64,000 nt of DNA from an uncultured beta proteobacterium (GTDB lineage Bacteria; Pseudomonadota; Gammaproteobacteria; Burkholderiales; Burkholderiaceae_C), in assembly GCA_963708545.1 (NCBI GenBank), contig CAVPUD010000060.1, positions 3,844-67,843 of the forward strand. The letters run 5' to 3'. The translations under genes and the position numbers were made by a program. How positions within the stretch are numbered: the first letter of the stretch is position 1; each line of letters opens with the position of its first letter. Below are positions 1-11,908 of this stretch, one piece after another. Below the pieces are notes generated by a model. The model was given only the letters and a program-made list of their open reading frames with translations. It was not told the origin of the DNA and ran no database searches.

Positions 1-1894
<1,894 letters not shown>

Positions 1895-1906
1895 GATTTC
1901 GGTGCG

Positions 1907-1960
1907 AAATTGCCTTTTTTCGCATATCCAGCAATCGTAAGAAGCTACTTATTTAGTAGT
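1907..1960 (+). repeat. 54-bp dispersed motif copy (intergenic, after purB)
   Basis: aaattgcct-tttttcgcatatccag-caatcgtaaga-a-gctac ttattta gtagt. Confidence 0.8.
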
Positions 1961-2003
1961 ATTCTGGCTGTCTGAAAAGGCCATCACTGCGCCGGCGGCA
2001 GGA

Positions 2004-2300
2004 TCAGCGTATGCCCCCGACATAGCGTGGCGTCTCGGGTGGCGCCGGCGGCGCTGGAGCCGGAGCCTGCGGTAACGCGGCGCCCGCGCCCATGGCGCCC
2101 ATGGCGCGCTCGAGCTTGTCGGCCCACTCGGCCAGTTCGGGCGCCTGGTCTTCGGCGGCGCGCTGGCGTGCAAAACGCACGATTTCGCGCGCATAGTCGG
2201 CATTGCAGGCCATCCATTCGGTGTCCGTCACGCGCCCGGTCTTGCGCCGCAGCAGCACATGCAGGTGCGCTGCGATGGCCAGTTTCTCGCTCTCCAGCAT
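2004..2300 (-). CDS. Small conserved hypothetical protein
   Basis: MLESEKLAIAAHLHVLLRRKTGRVTDTEWM...YVGGIR; typical codon usage; start set at ATG 2300. Confidence 0.75.
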   Translation of the reverse strand: MLESEKLAIAAHLHVLLRRKTGRVTDTEWMACNADYAREIVRFARQRAAEDQAPELAEWADKLERAMGAMGAGAALPQAPAPAPPAPPETPRYVGGIR

Positions 2301-2328
2301 GTTCCGCCCCCCTGTAGGCTGTGCGCCA

Positions 2329-3705
2329 TCAACCCAGCCGCTCACGCTGCTGCGCGATGTCCAGCCCCGTCAACTCGCTTTGCGCATCCACGCGCAAGCC
2401 GACCACCAGGCGCGTGATCCACAAGCACAGCGCGGTGCCGACCAGGCCGTACACCAGCACCGCCGCCACGCCCAGGGCCTGCGTGAGCACATCGCCACGC
2501 ACCCCGGAGACCACCGGATCGGCAAACACGCCCGTCAACAAGGAGCCGACGATGCCGCCCACGCCATGCACGCCGAACACGTCCAGCGAATCGTCCGCGC
2601 CCAGCAGGCGCTTGAGCCCCGTGGCACCCCAATAGCAGGCCACTCCCGCGATCAGCCCGATCAGCAGCGCCGAGCGCAAGGTGACGAAGCCGGCGGCAGG
2701 CGTGACCGCCACCAGCCCGGCCACCAGCCCCGAGCACAGGCCCAGCAGCGAGGGGCGCCCGCGCGCTATCCATTCGGCCAGCATCCAGGCCAGTGCGCCC
2801 GCGGCGGCCGCAAGGTGCGTCACGGCCATGGCCAGCCCGGCGCGCCCATCGGCGGCGATGGCCGAGCCGGCGTTGAACCCAAACCAGCCCACCCACAGCA
2901 GGCCCGCGCCCACCATGGTGAAGCCCAGGTTGTAGGGCTCGAACGGCTCGCGGCCGTAGCCTTGGCGTGGCCCCAAGATCCAGGCGCAGACCAGGCCCGC
3001 CACACCGGCGTTCACGTGCACCACCGTGCCGCCAGCAAAATCCAGCGCCCCAAGCCGCGCCAGCCAGCCGCCAGGCTCCCACACCCAGTGCGCCACCGGC
3101 ACGTAAACGCACAGCGACCACAGGCCCATGAACCACAACAGGGCGGAAAAGCGCATGCGCTCGACCAGCGCGCCCACGACCAGAGCGGCGGTGATGAGGG
3201 CAAAAGTCAGCTGGAACATGGCATAGACCGACTCGGGAATGTGCGGCGCAATATGGCTCACCGCGACCAGGCCTGCACCCTGCTGCAGGTCCAGCCCGGC
3301 AAAACCCAGGCGCTCCCCGCCGCCCAACCATGGGCTGCCCGGCGTGAAGGCCCACGAGTAGCCTGCGGCAAACCACAGCACACTCACCAGCGCGGCAATC
3401 GCCACCACGCTGGCCATCGTGTTGAGCACGTTCTTTTTGCGCACCATGCCGGCGTAAAACAGCGCGATGCCGGGTAAGGTCATCAGCAGCACCAGCGCCG
3501 TGGCGGTGATCATCCAGGCAGTGTCCCCGGCGCTGATGCTGCTTTGCGCCACGAGCGCAGGCGCAGTCAGCGCCGCCGGCGCGGCCGGGGCCGGCACCGG
3601 CGCGGCGCCGGTGCCGGGCGGTGTCTGGGCCAGGGCAGCGGTAGCAAGCCCGAGGATCAACAGCGCTGTGATTCCAAGCCATCGAAGCAAGGCTGCGGGC
3701 ATCAT
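2329..3705 (-). CDS. amt: Ammonium transporter (Amt family)
   Basis: GDTAWMITATALVLLMT, DFAGGTVVH, WFGFNAGS, DDSLDVFGVHG motifs; start set at the Met-Met 3705/3702 downstream of the sigma54 promoter. Confidence 0.95.
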   Translation of the reverse strand: MMPAALLRWLGITALLILGLATAALAQTPPGTGAAPVPAPAAPAALTAPALVAQSSISAGDTAWMITATALVLLMTLPGIALFYAGMVRKKNVLNTMASVVAIAALVSVLWFAAGYSWAFTPGSPWLGGGERLGFAGLDLQQGAGLVAVSHIAPHIPESVYAMFQLTFALITAALVVGALVERMRFSALLWFMGLWSLCVYVPVAHWVWEPGGWLARLGALDFAGGTVVHVNAGVAGLVCAWILGPRQGYGREPFEPYNLGFTMVGAGLLWVGWFGFNAGSAIAADGRAGLAMAVTHLAAAAGALAWMLAEWIARGRPSLLGLCSGLVAGLVAVTPAAGFVTLRSALLIGLIAGVACYWGATGLKRLLGADDSLDVFGVHGVGGIVGSLLTGVFADPVVSGVRGDVLTQALGVAAVLVYGLVGTALCLWITRLVVGLRVDAQSELTGLDIAQQRERLG

Positions 3706-3743
3706 GAACGCCTTTCTGTAAAGAGTGGTAACGAGTGACCCCT

Positions 3744-3759
3744 TGCACAAGGCGTGCCA
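3744..3759 (-). promoter_or_regulatory. Sigma54 (-24/-12) promoter of amt
   Basis: Minus strand TGGCACGCCTTGTGCA with exact GG-N10-GC spacing, about 40 bp upstream of the amt start. Confidence 0.8.
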
Positions 3760-3834
3760 ACGGGCCGGCGGCATGGAGCGCGGTGCTGCAGGCGCGCTGG
3801 GTTGCGGTGCGCCGCAGGGGCGGGAAATCCCCAA

Positions 3835-3851
3835 TGCACCAATGCAGTGAA
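3835..3851. promoter_or_regulatory. Putative NtrC-binding site
   Basis: TGCACC-AATGC-AGTGAA resembles TGCACC-N5-GGTGCA, about 80 bp upstream of the sigma54 promoter. Confidence 0.5.
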
Positions 3852-3997
3852 TGCGCTTACAGTCCCCATCACTCGAAAGCGCTGCCTGCGCCAAACGAGG
3901 GAGCCGAGGAGACACCCACAAGCACACAATCCTTTCCAAGCGCCCCATGAGGTGCACTTTTTCCAGCGTCGGTGATCCCGGCGCTTTTTTTTTGCCA

Positions 3998-4051
3998 AAA
4001 ATGCGGAAAAGTCCAGCTGCATCGTGCGTTGGATGCTCTTCAGTCGGTAGC
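3998..4051 (+). repeat. 54-bp dispersed motif copy (degenerate, upstream of TauE gene)
   Basis: aaaatgcgg-aaaagtccagctgcat-cgtgcgttgga-t-gctct tcagtcg gtagc; same spacing as other copies. Confidence 0.55.
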
Positions 4052-4076
4052 TTTTTGGGGCGGCGACAATACCTGC

Positions 4077-4835
4077 ATGGAATGGATTGCGATGGCGCTC
4101 GCCGCCCTGCTCGCGGGTTTTGTCGATGCCATCGTCGGTGGCGGAGGGCTGGTGCTGCTGCCGGCCCTGTTTGCGGCTTTTCCGCAGGCGGCTGCGGCGA
4201 CCCTGCTGGGCACGAACAAGGCCACCTCGGTGTGGGGCACGGCCATGGCCACCTGGAATTACAGCCGGCGCGTGCCGCTGCGCTGGAGCGCCATGCTGCC
4301 CGCCGCGGCAGCCGCGTTCCTGGCGGCGTGGGCTGGAGCCTGGGCTGTCACCTTGATCCCCGGAGATACGCTGCGCCGGCTGCTGCCCCTGGTATTGCTC
4401 GCCGTGCTGCTCTATACGCTCTCTAAAAAAGAGCTTGGAAGGTCGCATACACCTAGGTATTCAGGCAAAAATGAGGCTATTTTTGCGAGCCTGATCGGCG
4501 CGGGCGTCGGCTTTTACGATGGTTTTTTCGGGCCTGGGACGGGCAGCTTTTTCATCTTTTTGCTCGTGCGCGTACTCGGGTATGACTTTCTGAACGCCTC
4601 GGTGTCGGCCAAGCTGCTCAACTTTGCGAGCAATGTCGCCGCGATCCTGCTGTTTGCGAGCAAAGGCCACGTGTGGTGGCCACTCGCGCTCACGCTGGGG
4701 GCAGCCAACGTGCTGGGCAGCGTGCTGGGCACCCATCTGGCGCTGCGACACGGAGCCGGCTTCGTGCGCGGTATTTTCATCGCCGTGGTGGGCGTTTTGA
4801 TTTGCAAGACAGGGTGGGATGCTTTCCTGCGCTGA
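4077..4835 (+). CDS. Sulfite exporter TauE/SafE family membrane protein
   Basis: AGFVDAIVGGGGL, GFYDGFFGPGTGSF motifs; hydrophobic. Confidence 0.92.
   Translation: MEWIAMALAALLAGFVDAIVGGGGLVLLPALFAAFPQAAAATLLGTNKATSVWGTAMATWNYSRRVPLRWSAMLPAAAAAFLAAWAGAWAVTLIPGDTLRRLLPLVLLAVLLYTLSKKELGRSHTPRYSGKNEAIFASLIGAGVGFYDGFFGPGTGSFFIFLLVRVLGYDFLNASVSAKLLNFASNVAAILLFASKGHVWWPLALTLGAANVLGSVLGTHLALRHGAGFVRGIFIAVVGVLICKTGWDAFLR
4418..4471 (-). repeat. 54-bp dispersed motif copy inside TauE CDS
   Basis: Reverse complement tttttgcct-gaatacctaggtgtat-gcgaccttcca-a-gctct tttttag agagc; perfect 5-bp arms; run of rare codons. Confidence 0.65.
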
Positions 4836-4884
4836 AAGCCGGGCCTGCGCAGCGACCGCTGCGATTGCCGCGAGTTTTTGACAG

Positions 4885-4912
4885 GGCAATTTCAAGTCCG
4901 AAGTGCAACACC
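4885..4912 (+). mobile_element. Probable left inverted repeat of an IS30-family element
   Basis: GGCAATTTCAAGTCCGAAGTGCAACACC resembles IS1086-like IS30 ends (from memory) and precedes an IS30 transposase N-terminus once the MITE is removed. Confidence 0.55.
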
Positions 4913-4927
4913 ACCCTATCAGATAAA

Positions 4928-5164
4928 CCTAAATCCGGCAGTTGACCGCTGCATTTTTGTATGCAACTCTTTGATTTTTCGAATGATTTTTACGTTGCGA
5001 GACGCACCCATCGGGTCAGAGCGCTGCGCACCCGATCGCGCCGCCCTCGGGCACGCTGGCCGCGTTGCAAATCCTCGCCATGGCACCCGCCATGGCTGCG
5101 GTTTGCGCCTTGCCAGTGCACCCGATGACGACACGCTCGGGCGCGCTCAACTGCCGGATTTAGG
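4928..5164 (+). mobile_element. MITE copy 1 (237 bp)
   Basis: 18-bp TIR CCTAAATCCGGCAGTTGA / TCAACTGCCGGATTTAGG; flanks ATAAA / TTAAA (4 of 5 match); no transposase. Confidence 0.92.
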
Positions 5165-5177
5165 TTAAATTGCGCAG

Positions 5178-5327
5178 ATGAGCAGCGGATACACACCATT
5201 GCAGCCCGAAGAACGCATCACCCTCGCCTCACTGCACCAGCAAGGCCGCAGCCAACGCTTCATCGCCCAGCTACGCGGGCGCAGCCCCAGCACCATCCGC
5301 CGCGAACGGCAGCGCGGGCGCTGGTGA
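5178..5327 (+). pseudogene. IS30-family transposase N-terminal HTH remnant (49 aa)
   Basis: MSSGYTPLQPEERITLASLHQQGRSQRFIAQLRGRSPSTIRRERQRGRW*, matching the IS30 HTH pattern Y.QL..EER..I..L...G.S.R.IA..LGRSPSTI.RE. Confidence 0.85.
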
Positions 5328-5476
5328 GCGGCTTTGTCGCACTGCTCAAGGATTCGTCGCTGGCCTGTGCGATCGGCGTGGTCGAGCGCACCAGCGTGGG
5401 CAACCGCATCCAGTCGGCCGCATTCCAGCCCGTTGCTGTCGGCGCAGGCGCTGACACCTTGTTTCATGCGCTCTGA
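5324..5476 (+). pseudogene. C-terminal remnant of polar amino-acid ABC transporter permease
   Basis: VSGFVALLKDSSLACAIGVVERTSVGNRIQSAAFQP resembles the permease C-terminal LLKDSSL..IG..EL pattern; no N-terminus present. Confidence 0.7.
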
Positions 5477-6338
5477 ACGTGGCGGCCTGCTGGCCATGCT
5501 GGCCCTGCTGATCGTGACCGTGGTCTGGGGCACGACCTTTCCGGCGATGAAGCTGCTGTCGGCGCAGCTCGACGCGCTGCAGATCATTTGGTTGCGCTTT
5601 GCCATCGCTTCGCTCGTGCTCGCGCCGCTGTGGCACAGCATGCGCGGCCCCGAGCGCGCGTGGGGCGGCCTGCTCGGGGCCTTGCTGTTCGTCGCGTTTT
5701 GGCTGCAGATCGAGGGGCTCGCGCGCACCAGCAGCAACCGCAACGCCTTCGTCACGGGGCTCAACGTGCTCGGGGTGCCGCTTTTGGCCATGCTGGTGCT
5801 GCGGCGCCGCTATGGCTGGCGTCTGTGGGCAGCCTGCGCCCTGGCCGGCGCGGGCATGGCACTGATGTTCCACGAGGACGCGCCCTGGAATTTCGGCGAC
5901 ACGCTCACGCTGGTGAGCGCGCTGTTTTATGCGCTCTACGTCCTCGCGCTCGAAGAGTGCGCGCGCCACACGGCGGCGCAGCCGCTGCGCGCCACGCGCA
6001 TGGCCACGGTGCAGGCGGGCGTGATGTGCGCTGCCGCGACGGCGTTGCTGCTCGCGCGCGGCAGCGGCCTGGGCTGGCTTGCGTCGCTCGGGCGCCTCGA
6101 CGCCACAAGCTGGGGTGCGCTGCTGTATCTCGGGCTTGTCGCCAGCGTGCTCGTCGTGATTTTGCAAGCCTGGGGGCAGCAGCGCGTCGATGCCGTGCGC
6201 AGTGCCATCGTGTACGGGCTCGAGCCGGTGTTCGCCGCGCTCGCCGCGTGGGCGCTGCTGGGCGAGCGGCTTGGCTGGACGGGCAGCGCGGGCGCGGCGC
6301 TGATCGTGGCTGCGCTGGTGCTGAGCCAGTTACCCTAA
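5466..6338 (+). CDS. DMT/EamA family transporter
   Basis: VVWGTTFPAMK, GDTLTL, AIVYGLEPVFAA; stop codon lies inside MITE copy 2. Confidence 0.92.
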   Translation: MRSERGGLLAMLALLIVTVVWGTTFPAMKLLSAQLDALQIIWLRFAIASLVLAPLWHSMRGPERAWGGLLGALLFVAFWLQIEGLARTSSNRNAFVTGLNVLGVPLLAMLVLRRRYGWRLWAACALAGAGMALMFHEDAPWNFGDTLTLVSALFYALYVLALEECARHTAAQPLRATRMATVQAGVMCAAATALLLARGSGLGWLASLGRLDATSWGALLYLGLVASVLVVILQAWGQQRVDAVRSAIVYGLEPVFAALAAWALLGERLGWTGSAGAALIVAALVLSQLP

Positions 6339-6570
6339 ATCCGGCAGTTGAGCGCGCCCGAGCGTGTCGTCATCGGGTGCACTGGCAAGGCGCAAACCGC
6401 AGCCATGGCGGGTGCCATGGCGAGGATTTGCAACGCGGCCAGCGTGCCCGAGGGCGGCGCGATCGGGTGCGCAGTGCTCTGACCCGATGGGGGCTTTTCG
6501 CAGAGTGAAAAATCATCGGAAAAATCAAAGAGTTGCATACAAAATGCAGCGGTCAATTGCCGGATTTAGG
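6334..6570 (-). mobile_element. MITE copy 2 (237 bp, reverse orientation)
   Basis: Same TIRs (one mismatch); perfect 5-bp TSD GTTAC at 6329-6333 and 6571-6575. Confidence 0.95.
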
Positions 6571-6603
6571 GTTACAGTCGCCGCCCTCGCGCAAGTCCTG
6601 ATC

Positions 6604-8658
6604 TCAGGGCGCTTGTTGCACAGCGGCCGGCAGCGGCACTTCGGCCGCCTGCCTTGGCTTGCCGATGGGCGCGGTGGCCTTGCCGCTGCGCACGGCGGCG
6701 ATGTCTTCCTCGCTCGGGTACTCGCCCAACAACCAGTAGTCGAACACGCGCCGCGCGATCGGCGCGGCTGCACTTGCGCCCCAGCCGGCGTTTTCGACGA
6801 TCACCGCGAGCGCGATGCGCGGCGCCTCGGCCGGGGCGAAGGCAATGTAGAGCGCATGGTCGCGCTGGCGCTCTTGCAGTTTGCTGGCGTTGTATTTTTC
6901 CTTCTGCCCTATGGTCACGGCCTGTGCCGTGCCGGTCTTGCCTGCCGAGAGGTAGCGCGCGCCGGCAAAGGCCCGCGCGGCGGTGCCCTGCTGCGTCACG
7001 CCGACCATGGCGCGATGCACCACCTCGACGTTTTCAGGCTTGAAGCCCAGGTTCACGCCGGGCTCGCTCGGCAGCGCCTGGCGCGCGTGCGTGACCGGAT
7101 CGAGCGTGGCCAGCCCCAAGTGCGGGCGGTGGCGCACCCCGCCGTTGGCCAGCGTGGCCGTGGCCTGGGCGAGCTGCAAGATGGTGAAGTTGTTGTAACC
7201 CTGGCCTATGCCCAGCGAAATGGTTTCGCCCGCGTACCAGACCTTTTGTTCGGGGCGGCGGTAGTTGGCGCGCTTCCAGGCCTGGCTGGGCAGCACGCCG
7301 CGCACTTCGCCGGCGAGGTCTATGCCGGTGATCTGCCCGAAACCCAGCGGCGCCATGAAGTCGTGGATGGCGTCCACGCCCAGGTCATTCGCCAAGGCGT
7401 AGTAATACACATTGCTCGACTGCACGATGCTGCGGTGCATATCCACCACGCCCAGGCCGCCGTCTTCGTGGCTGCGGAAGGTGTGGCCGCCGAAGGTCCA
7501 TGTGCCGCGATCGACGATGGTGCCGCGCGGCGTGCGTTTGCCCAGCTCGAGCGCGGCCAGCGCCATGAAGGGCTTGTAGGTCGAGCCCGGCGGGTAGGTG
7601 CCGCGCAGGGCGCGGTTGAGCAGGGGTTTGTCGAGCGATTCGTTGAGCGCCGTCCAGCTCTCCACGTCTATGCCTTCGACGAACAGGTTCGGGTCGAACG
7701 TGGGTTTGGAGACGAGCGCGAGCACTTCGCCCGTGCGCGGGTCCAAGGCCACGAGCGCGCCGCGCCGCTCGCCGAACAGGTCTTCGACCATGCGTTGCAG
7801 CTTGACGTCGAGCGCGAGCACCACGTTGCTGCCGGGCGTGGCCGGGCGGCTCGCGAGCTTGCGCACGGCCCGTCCGCCTGCGGACGTTTCCATGAGCTCC
7901 ACGCCCGTGGTGCCGTGCAGCAGTGCTTCGTAGCTTTGTTCTATGCCCAGCTTGCCTATGTATTCGGTGCCGCGGTAGTTGGCCTCATCGTCCGAGTCCT
8001 GGATGCGTTCCTTTTCCGCCTGGTTGATGCGGCCTATGTAGCCTATGGCGTGGCTCGCGGTGTCGCCCTGGGGGTAATTGCGAAAGAGCCGCGCCTTCAC
8101 GTCCACGCCCGGAAAGCGAAAGCGCTGCGCCGCAAAGCGCGCCACTTCTTCGTCCGTGAGGCGCGTGCGTATGGGCAGCGACTCGAAGTTGCGCGATTCT
8201 TCGAGCAGGCGCTCGAAGCGCCGGCGCTCGCGCGGCTGGATATCGACCACCTGCGCGAGCGCGTCCAGCGTGGCTTCGAGCTCGGGCACTTTGGAGGGCG
8301 TGATCTCCAGCGTGTACGCGGCGTAGCTGCTCGCGAGCACCACGCCGTTGCGGTCCAGGATCAAACCGCGGCTGGGCACGATGGGCACCACCGCCGTGCG
8401 GTTGCTCTCGGCCTGCGCGGCCAGGTCTTCGTGGCGTACCACCTGCAGATACACCAGCCGCGCGAGCACCAGGCCAAACGCCAGCAGCACCACGGCACCC
8501 ATGACGAGCACGCGCAGGCGAAAGTCCGCCGTGTCGGCCTGCACGTTGCGCAGCTCCGCGATGGATGTGATCTCTTCGCCCGGCCATGGCGCATCGCTGC
8601 CCTGCAAGCGCTTGCGCAGGCGCAGTGCGGTCTGGCGAAGGCGCGCAAACCTCGGCAT
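6604..8658 (-). CDS. mrdA: Penicillin-binding protein 2
   Basis: PGSTYK (SxxK), SSN, AGKTGTAQ motifs; follows mreD; the 970-aa track ORF is over-extended; start set at ATG 2 nt after the mreD stop. Confidence 0.95.
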   Translation of the reverse strand: MPRFARLRQTALRLRKRLQGSDAPWPGEEITSIAELRNVQADTADFRLRVLVMGAVVLLAFGLVLARLVYLQVVRHEDLAAQAESNRTAVVPIVPSRGLILDRNGVVLASSYAAYTLEITPSKVPELEATLDALAQVVDIQPRERRRFERLLEESRNFESLPIRTRLTDEEVARFAAQRFRFPGVDVKARLFRNYPQGDTASHAIGYIGRINQAEKERIQDSDDEANYRGTEYIGKLGIEQSYEALLHGTTGVELMETSAGGRAVRKLASRPATPGSNVVLALDVKLQRMVEDLFGERRGALVALDPRTGEVLALVSKPTFDPNLFVEGIDVESWTALNESLDKPLLNRALRGTYPPGSTYKPFMALAALELGKRTPRGTIVDRGTWTFGGHTFRSHEDGGLGVVDMHRSIVQSSNVYYYALANDLGVDAIHDFMAPLGFGQITGIDLAGEVRGVLPSQAWKRANYRRPEQKVWYAGETISLGIGQGYNNFTILQLAQATATLANGGVRHRPHLGLATLDPVTHARQALPSEPGVNLGFKPENVEVVHRAMVGVTQQGTAARAFAGARYLSAGKTGTAQAVTIGQKEKYNASKLQERQRDHALYIAFAPAEAPRIALAVIVENAGWGASAAAPIARRVFDYWLLGEYPSEEDIAAVRSGKATAPIGKPRQAAEVPLPAAVQQAP

Positions 8659-8660
8659 GG

Positions 8661-9179
8661 TCACAAGGGGCGGTTTTCGTCGCGCTCGAGCGGGCGGCGC
8701 TGGGGGGCCAGCAAGACCCAGCTCGCCAGCGGCCACAGCAGGGTTTCGAGCAAGGGCGCAACGACACTGGCCAGCCCTGGGAACACACCACCCCAGGCGA
8801 GCCCCACGGCCAGCGCTATGGCGTGCGCGAGCAGCAGCAGCGGCAGCACGTGCAAGGCCTGCGCCCAGGAACTGAACCACGCGAGCCGCCGCTGCAGCGC
8901 CGCCGCGCCGCAGGCGAGCACGGTGTAGGCGAGCGCATGCTGGCCGAGCAGGCTGGAGGCTTGCACGTCCATGCACAGGCCCAGCACGAAGGCCGTGCCC
9001 ATGCCCACGCGCTGCGGCTGGTGCACGCACCAGAAAGCGAGCAGCAGCATGAGGAAGTCCGGCAGCCAGACCACGCGCCCGAGCGGCAGCATGTTCAGCG
9101 CCAGGCCGGCGACCAGGCTCGCGGCGATGAAAAAAGGGTTGGCTGGCAGCAGCAGCGGCTGCCCGCGCGGCATGATCAT
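8661..9179 (-). CDS. mreD: Rod shape-determining protein MreD
   Basis: Hydrophobic, PDFLMLLLAFWCVHQP, GLCMDV; position in mreBCD operon. Confidence 0.93.
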   Translation of the reverse strand: MIMPRGQPLLLPANPFFIAASLVAGLALNMLPLGRVVWLPDFLMLLLAFWCVHQPQRVGMGTAFVLGLCMDVQASSLLGQHALAYTVLACGAAALQRRLAWFSSWAQALHVLPLLLLAHAIALAVGLAWGGVFPGLASVVAPLLETLLWPLASWVLLAPQRRPLERDENRPL

Positions 9180-10126
9180 GGTGCGCGCCCTCCCTTGCCT
9201 TCGCTCTTGGCCTGCTTCTTTGCGGCAGGCGCTTCGTGGGCCGGGGCCGGCGGTGGCTCCGGCAGTCGCGCGGCGAGCGGCTGCAGCACGAGCACGTGGC
9301 GTGCGCCCTGCACCTGGGCGAGCGGCGCGCAGATGACGCGCGCAAAGGTCGAGTCGGCACGGCGCTCCACGCGCAGCACCCGGGCCACGGGCTGGCCCGG
9401 CGGATAGACGCCATCGACGCCACTGGTGCTGAGCAGGTCGCCTTCGCGGATGTCGGCGCTGCTGGGCACGAAGCGCAGTTCCAGACTGCCAGTGCGGCCT
9501 GCCACAGGATCACCAAAGACTACGCCGCGCACTCCGGTGCGCATGTTCTGTACGGGCGTCGCCTGCTCGCGGTCGATCAGCAGCGTGACTTCGCTCACGA
9601 GCGGCAGCACGCGCGTCACCTGGCCGAGTACGCCCGCGGCATCGATGACGGGCGATCCCGCCACCATGCCCGCAGCCTGGCCTCGGTCTATGACCACGCG
9701 GCGGCTGAACGGGTCGGCCGCGTCGTAGATCACCTCTGCCGCCTGGGAGGGGGTGGCGATGCGCGGCTTCAATTGCAGCAGCTGGCGCAGCTGCTGGTTT
9801 TCCTGCAGCAGCAAGTCCGCCTGGTGCGCGCGCTGCGCGAGCTGCAGCATCTGGGCCCGCGCGGCCCGGGCGTCGGCCTCGGCCTGGTGCAGCGACCGGA
9901 AGTAGTCCAGCCCCTGGTGTGCGAACTCCACGGGCTGGCGCATCAGCCATTGCGCGGGGTAGAGCACTGTGGCCACGGCCTGGCGCAGCGGGTCCACGAG
10001 ATGAAAGCGCGCGTCGGCCACCATCAGGAACAGCGCCAACGCAGCGTACAGCGCCAGTTGCGACAGCGGCGACGGCCCCTGCTTGAAGAGCGAGGGCGCA
10101 CTGCGCTCCAAGGTTGCGGGCGGCAT
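9176..10126 (-). CDS. mreC: Rod shape-determining protein MreC
   Basis: LLQENQQLRQLL coiled coil, GDLLSTSGVDGVYPPG. Confidence 0.95.
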   Translation of the reverse strand: MPPATLERSAPSLFKQGPSPLSQLALYAALALFLMVADARFHLVDPLRQAVATVLYPAQWLMRQPVEFAHQGLDYFRSLHQAEADARAARAQMLQLAQRAHQADLLLQENQQLRQLLQLKPRIATPSQAAEVIYDAADPFSRRVVIDRGQAAGMVAGSPVIDAAGVLGQVTRVLPLVSEVTLLIDREQATPVQNMRTGVRGVVFGDPVAGRTGSLELRFVPSSADIREGDLLSTSGVDGVYPPGQPVARVLRVERRADSTFARVICAPLAQVQGARHVLVLQPLAARLPEPPPAPAHEAPAAKKQAKSEGKGGRAP

Positions 10127-10253
10127 GGGGCGGTTTCAGAAGGAGGCGATCAGAGCGCAGCCGACGGCAAGGTGTGATGCTGGTATCCGTGCAGGGGCCA
10201 CAAGCGCGCGCCTTGGCATCCGCAGGGCATGATCGCGCGGCGCCCCAAACGCT

Positions 10254-11297
<1,044 letters not shown>

Positions 11298-11600
11298 TCA
11301 AAATCCTCTGGGGCACGGCATGCACGTGCGGCCTGCCAGTGCCGGGTTGGTGGGGTCAAAAGTTTTCACGACTTACGCAAATCGGGGTGAGGCAAGGCGT
11401 TCGACCCATGGCAAAACACCTCGTTGCATCCTTGTTTGCGTAAGTCCAGGTTTTGCTTTTTTCGCACAATGACCGGCAGGAGGGAGGGTATTGCGGCAAA
11501 GCCGGGATAATACCCGATCGCCCCCGCGCGGGCCCTCTTGCGGCCCCGTGCGCAGCACAGTTTTACATCTGTGGCAGCACCCACTTTCACCCTTGTTTTT

Positions 11601-11900
11601 ATGGCACTGACACCCCAGGACATCGAGCGCATCGCGCACCTGGCGCGGCTCGCGCTCAGCCCCGCCGAAGCCGGGCGCATGCACGCGCAGCTCAACGGCT
11701 TTTTTGCCATCGTCGAGCAGATGCGCGCCGTCGATACCAGCGGCCTCACGCCGCTGCCACACCCCGTGGCCACCGTGCAGCCCGTGGCCCTGCGGCTGCG
11801 CGAGGACGTGGCGAGCGAGCCGAATCAGCGTGAGCGCAACCAGCGCAGTGCCCCGGCCGTGGAGCGCGGCCTGTACCTCGTGCCCAAAGTCATCGAGTGA
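11601..11900 (+). CDS. gatC: Asp/Glu-tRNA amidotransferase subunit C
   Basis: [17 protein letters not shown]...LYLVPKVIE. Confidence 0.95.
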   Translation: MALTPQDIERIAHLARLALSPAEAGRMHAQLNGFFAIVEQMRAVDTSGLTPLPHPVATVQPVALRLREDVASEPNQRERNQRSAPAVERGLYLVPKVIE

Positions 11901-11908
11901 GGCCGCGC

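Noticed and set aside
3939-3956. Second NtrC-like box AGCGCC-N6-GGTGCA
   Set aside because: Spacing is one base off the consensus; not supported on its own.
4919-5134. Recurrent small ORFs MSSSGALARRKPQPW and LNPAVERARACRH (also at 6364, 37374, 45935)
   Set aside because: Incidental frames inside the MITE, with variable stops between copies; no transposase motifs.
6604-9516. 970-aa ORF in the track
   Set aside because: Open-frame extension through mreD and mreC in another frame; PBP2 similarity begins near 8658.
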